DNA from: Octopus sinensis
Lineage: Eukaryota
Length of the DNA: 64,000 bases
Assembly (NCBI RefSeq): GCF_006345805.1
Contig: NC_043000.1
Span: 136,400,001 to 136,464,000, forward strand
Reading direction: 5' to 3'
Part shown: one piece after another, positions 27,378 to 43,516 of the stretch
Layout of the letters: every line of letters starts with the position of its first letter
How positions within the stretch are numbered: position 1 is the stretch's first letter
Program-made: the position numbers and the translations under genes
Notes under the pieces: model-generated
Told to the model about the DNA's origin: nothing
What the model saw: the letters and a program-made list of their open reading frames with translations, nothing else
Databases searched by the model: none

Positions 27378-27758
27378 TACTATAGAGATAGAGACGAAGT
27401 CAATGGTACATTCCGACTAGTTTTTAGAAGAGAACACACTGGTGAAAATAAAAAGTTCTCTGTCTCAAATGTGTCACACTGGTTAATTACCAGCAGCCAC
27501 AACACAGCTACAAATTTCTTCAGCTGTTATTCTGTCTTAAGTACAAAGCTCAATTCCCGCTCATCTCTGTTGCTGCGCTGGACCATTAAGTCAAATAAGA
27601 CTTTTCTCGTTCGGAATCATGACAGAATGTTTCCCTTACATTTTCGTTTGATTTTAAGCAAAAGTATTGCTAAAAAAAGAAAGTGTGACTAGACGTCAGG
27701 TGTCTTTTTTTTTTTTTTTCATTTTACTTTCCTATTTGTAAAATGGTATTATACATGC

Positions 27759-28141
27759 GTGGAGGCGCAATGGCCCAGTGGTTAGGGCAGCGGACTCGCG
27801 GTCGTAGGATCGCGGTTTCGATTCCCAGACCGGGCGTTGTGAGTGTTTATTGAGCGAAAACTCCTAAAACTCCATGAGGCTCCGGCAGGGGATGGTGGTG
27901 ATCCCTGCTGTACTCTTTCACCACAACTTCCTTTCACTCTTACTTCCTGTTTCTGTTGTACCTGTATTTCAAGGGCCGGCCTTGTCTCTCTCTGTGTCAC
28001 GCTGAATATCCCCGAGAACTACGTTAAGGGTACACGTGTCTGTGGAGTGCTCAGCCACTTACACGTTAATTTCACGAGCAGGCTGTTCCGTTGATTCGGA
28101 TCAACCGGAACCCTCATCGTCGTAACCGACGGAGTACTTCC
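27759..28141 (+). mobile_element. SINE family A, full length
   Basis: 12-bp TSD TATTATACATGC at 27747-27758 and 28142-28153. Confidence 0.92.
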
Positions 28142-29049
28142 TATTATACATGCACTTCAAGTAATCTCTACTGCATTGTCTTAGGATCTGTGTAAGTTTC
28201 TTTCTAACCTGGGTAAATTTTGCTTCTAATCTTCATTTGCATATTGTGGAGAGCAAATGTGTTATTGAATGCTAGATAACCGAAATATATGCATTTCATA
28301 AATAGTTTATCCGAGGGGTTGCAAGAGTTTGGAGTTCTGTTAATACTGTTGTCAACTTAGAATCAAACTTGTTATTATTGTGGAAATTATTATTGCTATT
28401 ATTGCTATTCTTTAATTTCCATTTATTTTGTAAAGAACATTTTTTTTCAGTTTCAGACAGACATTCAACACTATTGATCTTCATGTATATGGAATACAGA
28501 AATGACAGTGTTAAAACTGCCTTGTTTCTTCTGTGTCCAGCTGTATAGAACTGTAAACCCTAAAGCTGCTTGGATGTTCGTATTTTCAGTTTGTTCATCT
28601 GTGATAGAATTGTAAGACTTCCTACTGTCGGTCAAAACTTCTATCGTAGGTATCAGAGTATCTCTCTTTTTCGCCGATAGATTTGGCGTTATTATTGCCA
28701 TTATTGTTGTTGTTCTTGTTTCATTCGTTATAGTTTGGTGCGGACACGTTGGTACAACTGTTGTTTCTAAATGGGTATTCACATAAAGGAATGTTTTCAT
28801 CTCCAATTTAGTGAAGATGTTTTTAATTTCACGAAGAAGAATTCTTTTTCAGTTGTTTAGAATTTATATTGTATTTTTTCAGCTTAGTATTTTGTGAGAT
28901 TGAGCTTTTTTACTGTTGAATTGATAGAGTTAGTATATAGTTTTTAAAAACAAATGCATTCAATTCATGAAGTAAGGTGATTTTTTCTTAACATATTCAT
29001 TGCTTTTTCAGTTTCTTGCTAGCTTGGCTAAGGTTTTCAATCGTTAAAT

Positions 29050-29640
29050 TTGGATTTATTTCACAAGAATGTTGATCTCAACACATTATATAAAACATAT
29101 ATTAAGCACCTGGAGTCCCAGAGCTATGTAAACAAACGCAGAAATAGCTTTCTAGATATCAGATGTGGTAAGAACCATGTGAAATGTATCTTGTATGTGT
29201 CCACTTTGCGTAGTGAGACAGCACATGTACAAGATTTCAGACAATCCTCTGGTTCAACCAAAAAGATTGGATTAGAATATATAAATAAGAGAGAAAAAGA
29301 TGTCTGAATTTATCAGCAGCAATGACACATTTGAATGTGCTCCATGTTATGGAAGAAATTTTGGAAGAAACAGATTTCATGGTGTGATATCCATCATTGC
29401 AACACTTCGTAGTAAACTGAGCCGCAAATTTAGAAAAGCGCTATAAAGGTAGTAATGAAAACAGGAAGATCCTTCAAGGCTTTAATGTGTACATCACTCG
29501 ATTAAAATAATCACCATACACTGGCAACTAATGTGGGCATAATGTGGACAACTAATTCACAGATGAACGGTAACGCTCGAAAAGAGTATGTGTATGATTT
29601 CGAGATCTGAATCGGCAAGATTTATATTCACTGTGAAAAA
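29050..29640 (+). mobile_element. Possible hAT (Buster/Charlie-like) transposase fossil
   Basis: Ordered weak matches: LESQSYVN ~ LDESTDV, SAAMT ~ DGAAAMTG, WCDIHH ~ HCIIH, TDER*RSK ~ TEVRWLSRG. Confidence 0.3.
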
Positions 29641-30082
29641 TAACCGGGAAATTTAAGTCTATTTGTTTGGGGATTGAACATTCACCTGTCTCAAACAAAT
29701 TTTTTCTGTAGGAGAGTAGGTTATACATTAGGTTATACATTACACAACAAAGCAGATTAATGCGTGTTTGTAAAAATTCATAACTCGTATCTCAATTCAA
29801 AGCAAATTGATTCTGGAAAAAAAAACTGAACTCTTTCTCAGCCAAGCACAACAGTCATTTCGCAGAGGCAAGAGGAGTTTGGGTCTGCGTTGCTATGACT
29901 AGGACGTTACGTTTTAATGCAAACCGGAACACCTGTTATATTTCACTCTATAAAATGCAGTATTAAGCTATTCTGTTTTCAGTTCTTTGGCATTTCATTT
30001 CAACCACGAAAAGGAAATATGTCTGAAACGGCGGAAGCGTTACTCCGCACAGTAAACATTATAATAATGTTTTTCTAAATGC

Positions 30083-32470
<2,388 letters not shown>

Positions 32471-33924
32471 TGAATATATATTTCTCTGGGTAGGAATAGC
32501 AATTTTTTTCACCTTATCACTTCTTTTATTATTTAACGCTTTGGTCATGGAGGGGAGAAGATATATTATTTCAAACTACAAAATAGAAATTCATAAGTTC
32601 ACATCATATCTCCAGAATTGTGCAAGTCATAATTAACATAATTAACATAATTAACACTTTTAATGTGAGTCTTGTACCAGAAAATAAGTGGCCTTCGTTG
32701 AGTAAAGGAGAAAGATCTCAACATGGGATGATCGGTGAAATTAGTCGAAACTGCCACTGAGTTTTCGTTATCTTTTACTTTACCATTTCAAAAGTCATCA
32801 TCATAGTTTTGAATTCCACTTTTCGTGCTCACATGGGCCACATGGAATCCGTTGATGCAGATGTTCTAAAGTCAGATATTCTTCCTATCACTAACGTATA
32901 TCTGTTTCCAAGTAAGTTAATATTTCCCAGCAGCAGGACGTTTTATCGGATGACTAGAAATAAAGAACACTGCTTGTATGGTGGCGATACTTATTTAAAA
33001 CTTTTATACGATGTCGAGACAAGGGAACACAAACATATGCACACACACATACATACATACATGCATACATACTTGCGTACACACGCCCACGTATAAACTA
33101 ATTTATAGACGTGCATATATACAAGTGGCTTCTTTCAAACAATCCCATGTGTTTGGCTGGAGTTATAGCAAAATATACACTAAGTATCATGTACTGGGAT
33201 TGAACCCAAGCTATTGAATTGAATAGCAAATTTCTTAGTTACACAGCCATCCCCGCATCTAAAATTGTGGAAGTTATAACTAATTTTAGATAGACTGTGC
33301 CGAGATGAAAGATAGGATGGTCAAAGCTGGAATTATACTGTTCGTAGGTCTGTTTGTTCAGAGATGACTGGAGCAGCAAATCCCCATCAACAAGTAATAT
33401 TGTTAATGGGGTTCACTACTATAAGCAATCGAAACACTGTACAGTTACTATAAGTGTTTCATTACTCTTGTATTCTTTTAGTTTGCAATATAAAATTCAA
33501 TTCAGTGTGTGAGTTTCATTTGCTATAACATTATTTCTAGAAAGTAGATATTTTTTACCCAGGTCGATTAAGAACTTATCGCTATGAGGATAAGAATATA
33601 TGTGCTTCAGTAAGTATGTCAGTCAGGGCAAAGTTATGGATGCAAGTATTAATAGAATTTAAAAAATTGGATACTGTCATATGGTTAATGAAAATTAATA
33701 AGGTGACAAATAGTTTGCAAAACCAGGACCACACTCACACTGCAAAATCCTGTTACAAAACTGAGAAAGTTGATTGGGGAACTCTGGTTTGAGACTCGTC
33801 CTCTCCAGCCGACGAAAATAAGCTGAGCTCAGCATTGTAAGCTAACAAACCAATTCTTTATTTGACAGTGCAGACTAGTTTGCATCCAAGAAACAAGAAA
33901 TAAAGAAAGAGCAGGTGTGAGTCT

Positions 33925-34260
33925 ATCAAGGTATGTATGAAGATGCTGTATCCAAAATTTGTACTCGAAGCAAATTCAAAGAGAAATTTAGAGCACAGTT
34001 AGATGTTCTCAGAGGGTCGTAGTCTCTCTTAACTAACTCTTCATTATAGTCCGTAAGAGATACAAGCAGGAATTCCGCACCTGGTTGCAGAGTGATAGCA
34101 AGAATTCGTTTGTCTAAAACACAAGAGAGGCGGTGCACTCTATTGATATTAAAGACATCAGTTGATATGAGTAGGAGAAAAAAATTTAATGAGCTGTGAA
34201 TGGTTAAAGGGCGATGTGAGAGCAATTCCACTCTGCTGTTAGTTGAGAATTCTTTTGAAA
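33925..34260 (+). mobile_element. RTE LINE reverse-transcriptase fragment
   Basis: YQGMYEDAVSKICTRSKFKEKFRAQLDVLRGS* resembles AMYRDAVSKVRV..EEFRVEVGVHQGS of RTE RTs; frameshifted. Confidence 0.7.
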
Positions 34261-35159
34261 ATGTCACATAATGCTGTAGGAAGAAACGAAGCAAGATTTT
34301 AGAAGATTACAGACATTAATTAGCTGATAAAAGGCTAAGAAAATTGTAACAATATATTATATGCAGACCAACAGAACTATTGTGTGGAATATGCATGTAA
34401 GTAGAATCCGTATTCCATTTGATGTATATATTCTGACACAGATCCTGCGTAAATGTACGTAAATATAGATAAATAGATAGTTATGTATAAAAGTATGTAT
34501 CAACATCATCACTGTTTAACGCCCACTTTCTACGTGGATATGAGATGAACATATCATCATCAACATTCGAGTTAGTTTGGTGACAATTGAATGGTTCGAG
34601 CACTCGGTGAGAAGCCTTATGCTTTTTCAAAATTAATCCTTTTTTATCCACATTGTTTTGAACTAATCATGCATTATCTTGTATCTTTGAGATTTTGATG
34701 AGGTAGCTGTTAATTTTTAAAACAATATTGTAGGGTTGGTGTGAGAGACCAGATCTGGCCAGTTTGAACATAAAACAGGCAGAATACTTTTGGCTGGATA
34801 TGGCCGGTTTAAATGCTAAAGGGTTAAATAACGTTTTTCACTTCCACCAACGAATTACTACACTCAATTAACATAATAAGCTAAGACTTATTTCTATCAG
34901 CCGTGTATATGCTAAGAACAAGAAGAGAGAAAGACTGCATTAGTTTTAAGTTCTAGTTAATAATATTATATGTATATGTAAGCACATATATGAAACTAGA
35001 GCCATATACACATCGATATATGCATAGGTAGGCAGTAGTTAAAGGTGTGTAGATTTCGAACAGTATAAGAGAGTGAAAGAGAATTAGCGTGAGAGAGTCA
35101 GAGAGAGAAAGAGAGAGAGAGAGAGAACGTCAGAGAGAGAGAGAGAGAGAGAGAGAATC

Positions 35160-35190
<31 letters not shown>

Positions 35191-35788
35191 TACAGACAGA
35201 CAGACTGATTACGGGGATATGCTATACAAGTGTGTGAGATTGGGGAACCTAAGACAATGTATATTGAGAATGACATAAAAAGATAGGTGTTATCTCCAGA
35301 GGCAATATCAATGTGAAGCTGACATTATGACGGCATGTGCTAACATTGATATCCAGAAACGCTGATCATGCAGGAGAGTGTATCATCAATAAAAAAAGTC
35401 ATCTCATTGGTTTAAACAAATTGTGAGAATATTTAGGTTTCCAAACAAATCTTTTTGTGTTTTATCGCAGGCAATGATTCAAATTTATAAATAAACAACT
35501 GGATGTAATAAATAATTATTTTCCATTGTTTACAAATTCAATTGCACACACACACACACACATACACACACACACACACACACCACACACACACACACAC
35601 ATGATAGAATCTGCAGATGAAAATTAATGTAACACCACCAATTTTTGTTGCTGACTTTCAGCTGGATTCGAATAATATCCACGACACCAAGGTGCATAAT
35701 TGGTCACAACATTCTCACGAGACATAGAAATGGAGTTTGGTCAGGATGAACGTTCATATTTGTTAAATAAGCAAAGAAAGAATAATTA

Positions 35789-36034
35789 GGGCGGCGAGCT
35801 TTGTAGGGCGGCAAGCTGGCAGAAACGTTAGCACGCCGGGTGAAATGCGTAGCCGTATTTCGTCTGCCGTTACGTTCTGAGTTCAAATTCCACCGAGGTC
35901 GACTTTGCCCTTCATCCTTTCGGGGTCAATAAATTAAGTACCAGTTATGGAGTCGATGTAATCGACGTAATCTGTTTGTCTGTCCTTGTTTGTCCCCTCT
36001 GTGTTTAGCCCCTTGTGGGTAGTAAAGAAATAGG
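35789..36034 (+). mobile_element. SINE family C with duplicated head
   Basis: GGGCGGCGAGCT occurs twice, separated by TTGTA. Confidence 0.9.
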
Positions 36035-36089
36035 TTTGGAGTATTGATATCAACGTTTTGTCTATTATCCCTGTCTCAAGTCACAAATG

Positions 36090-36390
36090 TTACAAATACT
36101 TCGGAATCAACGATAACATTCGATAGGGCGGTGCTGTAACGAAGGGATGCTTCAGCAAACTTTCGAAAGCATGGAAGTCAGAACTTTTTGCAATCGATAA
36201 AAGCATATCCCGCAATGCTTCCGCAGTGCTATTGCTAGCATATGCATTTGAGGTAAACCGGAGTCTTGAAGAAATCCAGAACTTGAACATCAGGAAGATG
36301 ATACTTACAATTACTAGTTGCTTCCGCAATAAAAGTAACTCTAATTAGATTGTGTTAAACAGAGTCAGAAGGTTCTGGATGCTATATCGT
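36090..36390 (+). mobile_element. R4/Dong-like non-LTR retrotransposon fragment
   Basis: KYFGI...SKAWKSELFAIDK...NASAVLLLAYAF....EEIQNLNIRKMILT resembles YKYLGI...KIWKSELSA.NK...N.FA.PVL.Y.FG...EI..LD.KTRK. Confidence 0.6.
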
Positions 36391-36560
36391 GTCACTTACT
36401 GAGCTCATCACATGTAAAACTAAGGAGATTAGGTAAAGAATTTGACAAATACCGTCAGTGCACACCTGTTCTACGTGAGCCAAAGTTGACTTGAGCTGCA
36501 CTGAGTTACTGAAACAGATACTTGGAGGAGAAACACTCATCATATCAGCAGAAAGTTATG

Positions 36561-36650
<90 letters not shown>

Positions 36651-36651
36651 C

Positions 36652-36688
<37 letters not shown>

Positions 36689-36733
36689 CATGTGTCTCTC
36701 TGTCTATCAACCAATCTCCCTCTCTCTCTCTCA

Positions 36734-36869
<136 letters not shown>

Positions 36870-37133
36870 GCGCATACGAAACTTACTGGTTGGGCAAACA
36901 GATACCAATAGAATAACTACATGTATTAAAAAATTCCTGGAGTCGATTTCTTCGACTAAAGCACTTCAAGGCGGTGCTACAGCATGGCAGCAGTCAAATG
37001 ACTGAAAAATGTAAAATAATAAAAGAATATATATTTATGTATATTTGAAATGTATAATAAGTTATATATATTGGTATACACACACATATATATACACAAA
37101 CATACTCATACACGCACACCTAAATCTGAAAAA

Positions 37134-37291
37134 AATGGATAGAAATGGCTTTTCTCGTGATTTTTTCACTTAATAATTAGATTTTGTAAATTATTAGGTG
37201 TTTACAAACGGTAATAATTTAATAATTAATAATTTATAAGCATCTAATTATTAAAGTGGAAAAATTATCTGAAAAGCCATTTCTATTCATT
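37134..37291. mobile_element. Imperfect fold-back / MITE-like element
   Basis: ~50-bp arms AATGGATAGAAATGGCTTTTC...TAATAATTAGAT and their reverse complement. Confidence 0.6.
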
Positions 37292-37499
37292 TATTCAAAT
37301 ATATAATACTGTACCAAGAAATTTTTTCTTTTACTCTGTGTGTGTGTGTGTGTGGATGTATAGATCGATGGATAGATATATAGATATATGTATATGTATG
37401 ATGTAAGTATGAATATATATATATATACATATACATATATTTATATATATGTATATATGTGTATATATATATATATATATGTAGGTATGTATATGTATC

Positions 37500-37555
<56 letters not shown>

Positions 37556-37589
37556 TGTGTGTGTATATATATATATATGTATAAATATA

Positions 37590-37650
<61 letters not shown>

Positions 37651-37659
37651 ATGTATGTA

Positions 37660-38561
37660 TACGAGGAGATACCTAAAAGTAATCGGAAATGCTCTCTCTG
37701 TGAGACAAGTCCGCTGTAGTTCAGGCTTCCGCCTCTAGAAGCCGGTTGATGCGACCCTCAGGGATCAGTCTGCTGAGTGGCGTTGTCCGTTGAGACTATA
37801 CTGCCACGTGATGCGTCTTTATTTTGCGATGTTTCTCCCCTACTCTCCGACTTTTGTGATGGCTGAAACGAAGGAACAGCGTATTTCTCTGAAATTCTGT
37901 TTTCCGCCGGGGAAACAGCTGTCATGTTCTAAATAGCTTACAAGGCTTCTGCCATGAGCAAAATACACGTTTACGAGTTGTTTTCACGCTTTAGTAATAG
38001 TTACTTATTGGTTGAGGACCAATCTCGTTCAGGACGACCGTCGACCTCCTGAACAAATGAAATCATCATGAAATTTCATGAACTGATCTTGGAGGATCGT
38101 CATCGAACAATTAACGAATTTGTTGATATGACTGGTGTGTCCTGGAGCTCCCGCCAACGTATTTTGAGTGAGAAATTGCAAATGAAAAGAGTTGCAGCAA
38201 AATTTGTGCCTCGCTACTCCCGGGAGATTGAAAGCAGTCACAACTGAATGCACGCCGTGAACTGAAAGATCAACTGAAAGATCAACTGAAAGTTGATTCG
38301 GACCATTTTCAGAAGTTCATCCCTGGTGACGAAAGCTGGTGCTAGGGAATTTGCAGATCTGGAAGAGGTGAAGAATAAAACAACGGAGGCATTAAAAGGC
38401 ACCACTTTGCAAGAGTTCCAGCACTACTTCGATCAGTGGAAAATGCGTCTGGACAGATGATTTGGTTCAAATGAAGAATCTTTTGAATGCAATAAAAAGT
38501 GTAAACTAAGTGCATCAAATAATATTGCAAAATCCCGGTTTCTTTCGGGTAACCCTTCATA
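37660..38561 (+). mobile_element. Internally deleted mariner transposon (irritans-like)
   Basis: TIRs TACGAGGAGATACCTAAAAGTAATCGG / CCGGTTTCTTTCGGGTAACCCTTCATA. MAETKEQRISLKFCF, RSGRPSTS, KRVAAKFVPR and GDESWC join directly to the C-terminal region (~38347). Confidence 0.9.
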
Positions 38562-38569
38562 TATATATA

Positions 38570-38805
38570 TAAATGTGGTCCAATCGATGTGTTTGTTAAT
38601 CTGTGGTTTTCTCCATTTTCTGAATAGATCGCTAGCCACTACACATTCTTTATTTTCTCACCTTGTTTCTGTCAGTGTTCCTTTGTGTGGAAGAGCGTAG
38701 GCTCGAAACGTTAAAGATTTTTTCACTTCCCGAGCGTTAAATTAATACATCTGTTTATTGTCTACACCACCTGTCTTCATCTTTTGTTGTTTTTGTGAAT
38801 TCTCC

Positions 38806-38810
<5 letters not shown>
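38570..38810 (+). mobile_element. Penelope-like 3' tail with HHR-like motif
   Basis: CTTT-GTGTGGA-A-GAGC gtag GCTC-GAAACGTT-AAAG at 38682-38717; flanked by (TA)n; same family as 85-250. Confidence 0.65.
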
Positions 38811-38855
<45 letters not shown>

Positions 38856-40095
38856 GAGAGACAGACAGAGAGATAGGGAGAATAGAAACAGCATTGACAG
38901 GAGTATTAGTCCATCCTGGATCTGAGATATGTACATCACATCTCAGAATGTTATGCCTTTGTATCAAGGAACAGGAGATAGCTGCTACATATCTGATTAA
39001 CATGAGATATATATAGATATATGTTTATTGACCTCCACGCTATGAGACAAAATGCCGATTGTACTATACTAGTGTGGAAGATATTACTCATATCCAAAAA
39101 TCTCCACAATCTACTATTTTCCCGTGAGAACTGATACTGCCGGTATAGTAGTGTAAAATGCTATAAGCAGAAATGATGGTCTTGATGACGATAGTAAATG
39201 CACACCAGAACCAAAGTATATCTACCCCTTTTGAAATAAAGGATACTGATGGAATTTTAGAATATAAAACAGCAAACTGGTGTAAGGACAATTGGCCAGA
39301 TGTTTTGTATAGGACATGGAGCAAAAATCATGGAGTGCCCAGCAGAAGTCAATATCTCGTCAAAAATTTTGGAAAAGGAGAAGATTTATGGAAAAGTAAA
39401 GAGAATCCTGCAGTTCTTATATCCAAAATGTAGATTTTTATTTGTACCTTAGTTACGTAACAGTACGCCTGCATAAAAGCTAAAAATACTAGTATTCTTC
39501 CTACCCAAAAGAACGGTACAACTTGATTCGTGTTTTCCAGATACAACTGATTGGAGGTATAGTGACTCTTCCTTTGACGTTTCTGAGTTGAAAATACGCA
39601 CACACACACATCCACACACAAATACACAGAGTTTATATCTAATACTTAATATCTTTATAGTGTTAACCTAGCTACTTTCAGCTCAGCTGAATCGGTGTTA
39701 ACCGTTGTCAACCATGATTGAATTCAATTTCACTAATGTTAAATAGGCAGGGAACCCGCTTTCCCACAGTCGTTAATTTCATGGGCTCATTTTTTAAAAC
39801 TTTAGTAAGAAGATTTTATTTCGTAATAGTAATCGGAATAAAAATTCACTCATAGAAGCATATTTAATCTGTTTAAATTTTCCGCTCCCCCGACCCTATA
39901 CAAAAAATAAGTACATTGTATATGACTCAACTATTGGAATTTAATTACAATTTCTATCAAGTAAATATATATGGCATAAATTCTTCACCTCATAAAGTGA
40001 AACGAAAGTACCACTCAAACTGAGGTTAATATATATATATATATATATATATGTATAAATGTGTGCGTGTGCGTGTGTGTGTATGTATGTATATA

Positions 40096-40180
<85 letters not shown>

Positions 40181-40209
40181 ATATATGTATATATATATAT
40201 GTATATATG

Positions 40210-40244
<35 letters not shown>

Positions 40245-40602
40245 ATGTATGCATATATATATTATTTAAAACAGTTTGTTATGGCTCCATACGACATAAA
40301 ATTTCGCAGGCTTCTTACCTAGATGTTTCACACTTAGAATATCGAATGGAGAAATACACACACACACACGCACACACATATACACACATATACATATAGG
40401 CACACACACGCGAATACGCACACACACACACTCATACATATATATAAATCTACATATGTACGTGAGCGTGTGTGTGTTTTGTGTGTGTATATGTTATGTA
40501 CTGTTAACTTCAAGTCCCCATTTTTAATGTTTTATATCAATATTTATCATTCTTATTGTTGCTCTCAGCATTATTGATTTTCTTTCATATTATTAATAGT
40601 TT

Positions 40603-40663
<61 letters not shown>

Positions 40664-41418
40664 TTGAAAGCAACTTTTGTGCAGTATAATCATTTACCAG
40701 AATTACTTTCACTACCAACCACAACCACCGTCCCCCCCCATTACATCGCTACCACCACCACCGGCATCATCATCATCATCATCACCATCATCATCATCTC
40801 CATCATCATCATCATCATCATCACCATCATCATCACCATCATCATCATCACCATCATCATCACCATCATCACCATCATCACCATCATCATCAAGTCGTCA
40901 TCATCATCATCATCATCATCAAGTCATCATCATAATCATCACCACAACCACCAACATCACCAGTATTAATACTGTTGCTTTGATATTCCTAATTTATTTC
41001 ATATTTGTTAGTATTATAATTAATATCGTAAATATCAAGATATTCTAATTATTGACATAAATATCAGTTTCACTCTTTAGAATAATGTTGTTTTTCTAAC
41101 TATTTAGAAATATTTGTTGTTGCCATTGTTTCTTTCTGTTTTTTTTTCTTCTTCTTCTTCTTCTTCTCTGTCTCTTTGGAACTGCTGATAATGTAAAACT
41201 TAAAAGAGTAAAAAAAAAATACATATGATTTAGTCTTTCCTTAAGAATTTTGGTATATATTTTCAATATCAATCTCTTTAGTACATAGACACTGATATCA
41301 AAGACTATTTCGCAAATATTATTCGCTCTGGTATAGAATGAATTAGAAGTTACATGAAAAGTTTATATGACTTGACACATATGCTCACATAATTTTATAT
41401 ATATATGTATATGTATAT

Positions 41419-41515
<97 letters not shown>

Positions 41516-41517
<2 letters not shown>

Positions 41518-41720
41518 CGCAGGAGTGGCTGTGTGGTAAGTAGCTTGCTAACCATCTACATGGTTCCGGGTTCATCTGCTATAGCCCCGGGCCGACTAAT
41601 GCCTTGTGAGTGGATTTGGTAGACGGAAACTGAAAGAAGCCTGTCGTATATATGTGTATATATATATATGTGTGTGTGTGTTTGTGTGTGCTGTGTGTGT
41701 GTGTGCTGTGTGTGTGTGTG
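41516..41720 (+). mobile_element. SINE family B, 5' part with internal deletion
   Basis: Family B head; ends in the internal (TG)n. Confidence 0.85.
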
Positions 41721-41901
41721 CTGTGTGTGCGTGTGTATGTAAAATTAACCCATACATATACATACGCGTCTACATACCTATCTACGGGTCATGAAGTTGA
41801 GTTCGGAGTATAATATATAATGAAATCCTTGGAAACGATAATCCTGAGTAAAAAAAATATAAGAAGCTTCGCTGAGGTGGAGGGTAAAATATAGTAGTAG
41901 T

Positions 41902-42145
41902 AGTCATCATCATTGTTCGACCGTGGTCGAGACAATGGAATTTACTATGTTACGCCAGACTTCACGGTCCATCATAGCATTACGGAGGTCCTGTTGCTGG
42001 ATGCCTGTATCCCTGGAGATTACATCAGGGTAGGAGAGTGTGCGCCCTCTGGTATTGTGAGTAGATGGCTTCCAGAGGAGAAGAGTAGAAATTACTTCTT
42101 TTTCAGCTCTACAACAATGTCCAGCAAACTGGACTCTCCTACCTA
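41902..42145 (-). mobile_element. 5'-truncated LINE 3' end (RTE-X-like)
   Basis: RRVQFAGHCCRAEKEVISTLLLWKP...GRTLSYPDVISRDTG...AMMDREVWRNIV followed by an (ATG)n/(CTA)n tail. Confidence 0.8.
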
Positions 42146-42752
42146 GTAGTAGTAGTAGTAGAAGTAGTAGCAGTAGTAGTAGTAGCAGCAGCAGCAGCGG
42201 TAGTAGTAGTAGTAGTAGTAGTAGCAGCAGCAGCAGTAGTAGCAGTAGTAGTAGCAGCAGCAGCAGTAGTAGTAGTAGTAGTAGTAGCAGCAGCAGTAGT
42301 TGTTGTTGTAGTAGTAGTAGTAGTAGTAGTATGCAACTTTTGTACAATGTATTTATTTATCAGTAATATTTTGACAACCTTCACCACCACCACCACCACC
42401 ACCACTATCAACCCCAATTACATCGCCACCACCTCCATTGCCATCATCATGGTTACCTCCACCACTGTCTTTCGTTATTATCATCTCATAGAATGAAATC
42501 TGTAGAAACGATGATGTTGAGTAAAGAAAAATAATAAGAAGCTTCACTGATGTGGAAGGAAAAAATCATGTATAATTTGAAGTAATATTAGTGGAATGTC
42601 TGGGTGGGGGGAGATGTCTATAAAATAAGTTTACCAGTTGAAAACTGGGCTCGATCTAATCGAAATTGCTGGCTTCGTGCCAAAATATGAAATCAATATT
42701 AGTAGAATGACCCTGAAAAGACTTCATGCATGCATGCACACACACACACACA

Positions 42753-42783
<31 letters not shown>

Positions 42784-42971
42784 CAGTATGTACAAACACT
42801 CATTAAATATATGTATGTGTAAAGAGCACGAAAGAGAGAAATAAATATATAAATAATTTGTGTGTGTGTGTAATATGTGTTCCCTGAAATAAGCAGAGAG
42901 AATTCTGTATAATTAGAGTAAACTATATCACTCAATACAATCTTCTGAGTAGGTATGTCTACTACTCCGAG

Positions 42972-43516
42972 TATTTATTTGTTTATTGCTCACAGGGGGC
43001 TAAACATAGATAGGACAAAGGGATTAAGTCGATTAAGTACTTACTTAATCGACCCTGAAAAGGATGAAAGGAAAAGTCAACCTCGGCGGAATTTGAACTC
43101 AGAACTTTACTACCCACAAGGAACTAAACACAGAGACGACAAACAAGGACAGACAAACGGATTAAATCGATTATATCGACCCCAGTGCGTAACTGGTGCT
43201 TATTTAATCGACCCCGAAAGGATGAAAGGCAAAGTCGACTTTGGCGGAATTTGAACTTTGAACGTAGCTGCAGACGAAATACCTATTTCTTTACTACCCA
43301 CAAGGGGCTAAACACAGATACGAAAAACAAGGACAGACAAAGGGATTAAGTCGATTACATCGACCCCAGTGCGTAACTGGTACTTAATTTATCGACCCCG
43401 AAAGGATGAAAGGCAAAGTCGACCTCGGCGTAATTTGAACTCAGAACGTAACGGCAGACGAAATACGGCTACGTATTTCGCCCGGCGTGCTAACGTTTCT
43501 GCCAGCTCGCCGCCTT
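42972..43516 (-). mobile_element. SINE family C trimer
   Basis: Reverse complement shows three units, with junction AAAGAAATA|GGTATTTCGTC. Confidence 0.9.

Noticed and set aside
39173-39433. 86-aa ORF (..KTANWCKDNWPD..) faintly like a Tc1/maT transposase
   Set aside because: Only one short motif matches; no TIRs or SPDLNP motif.
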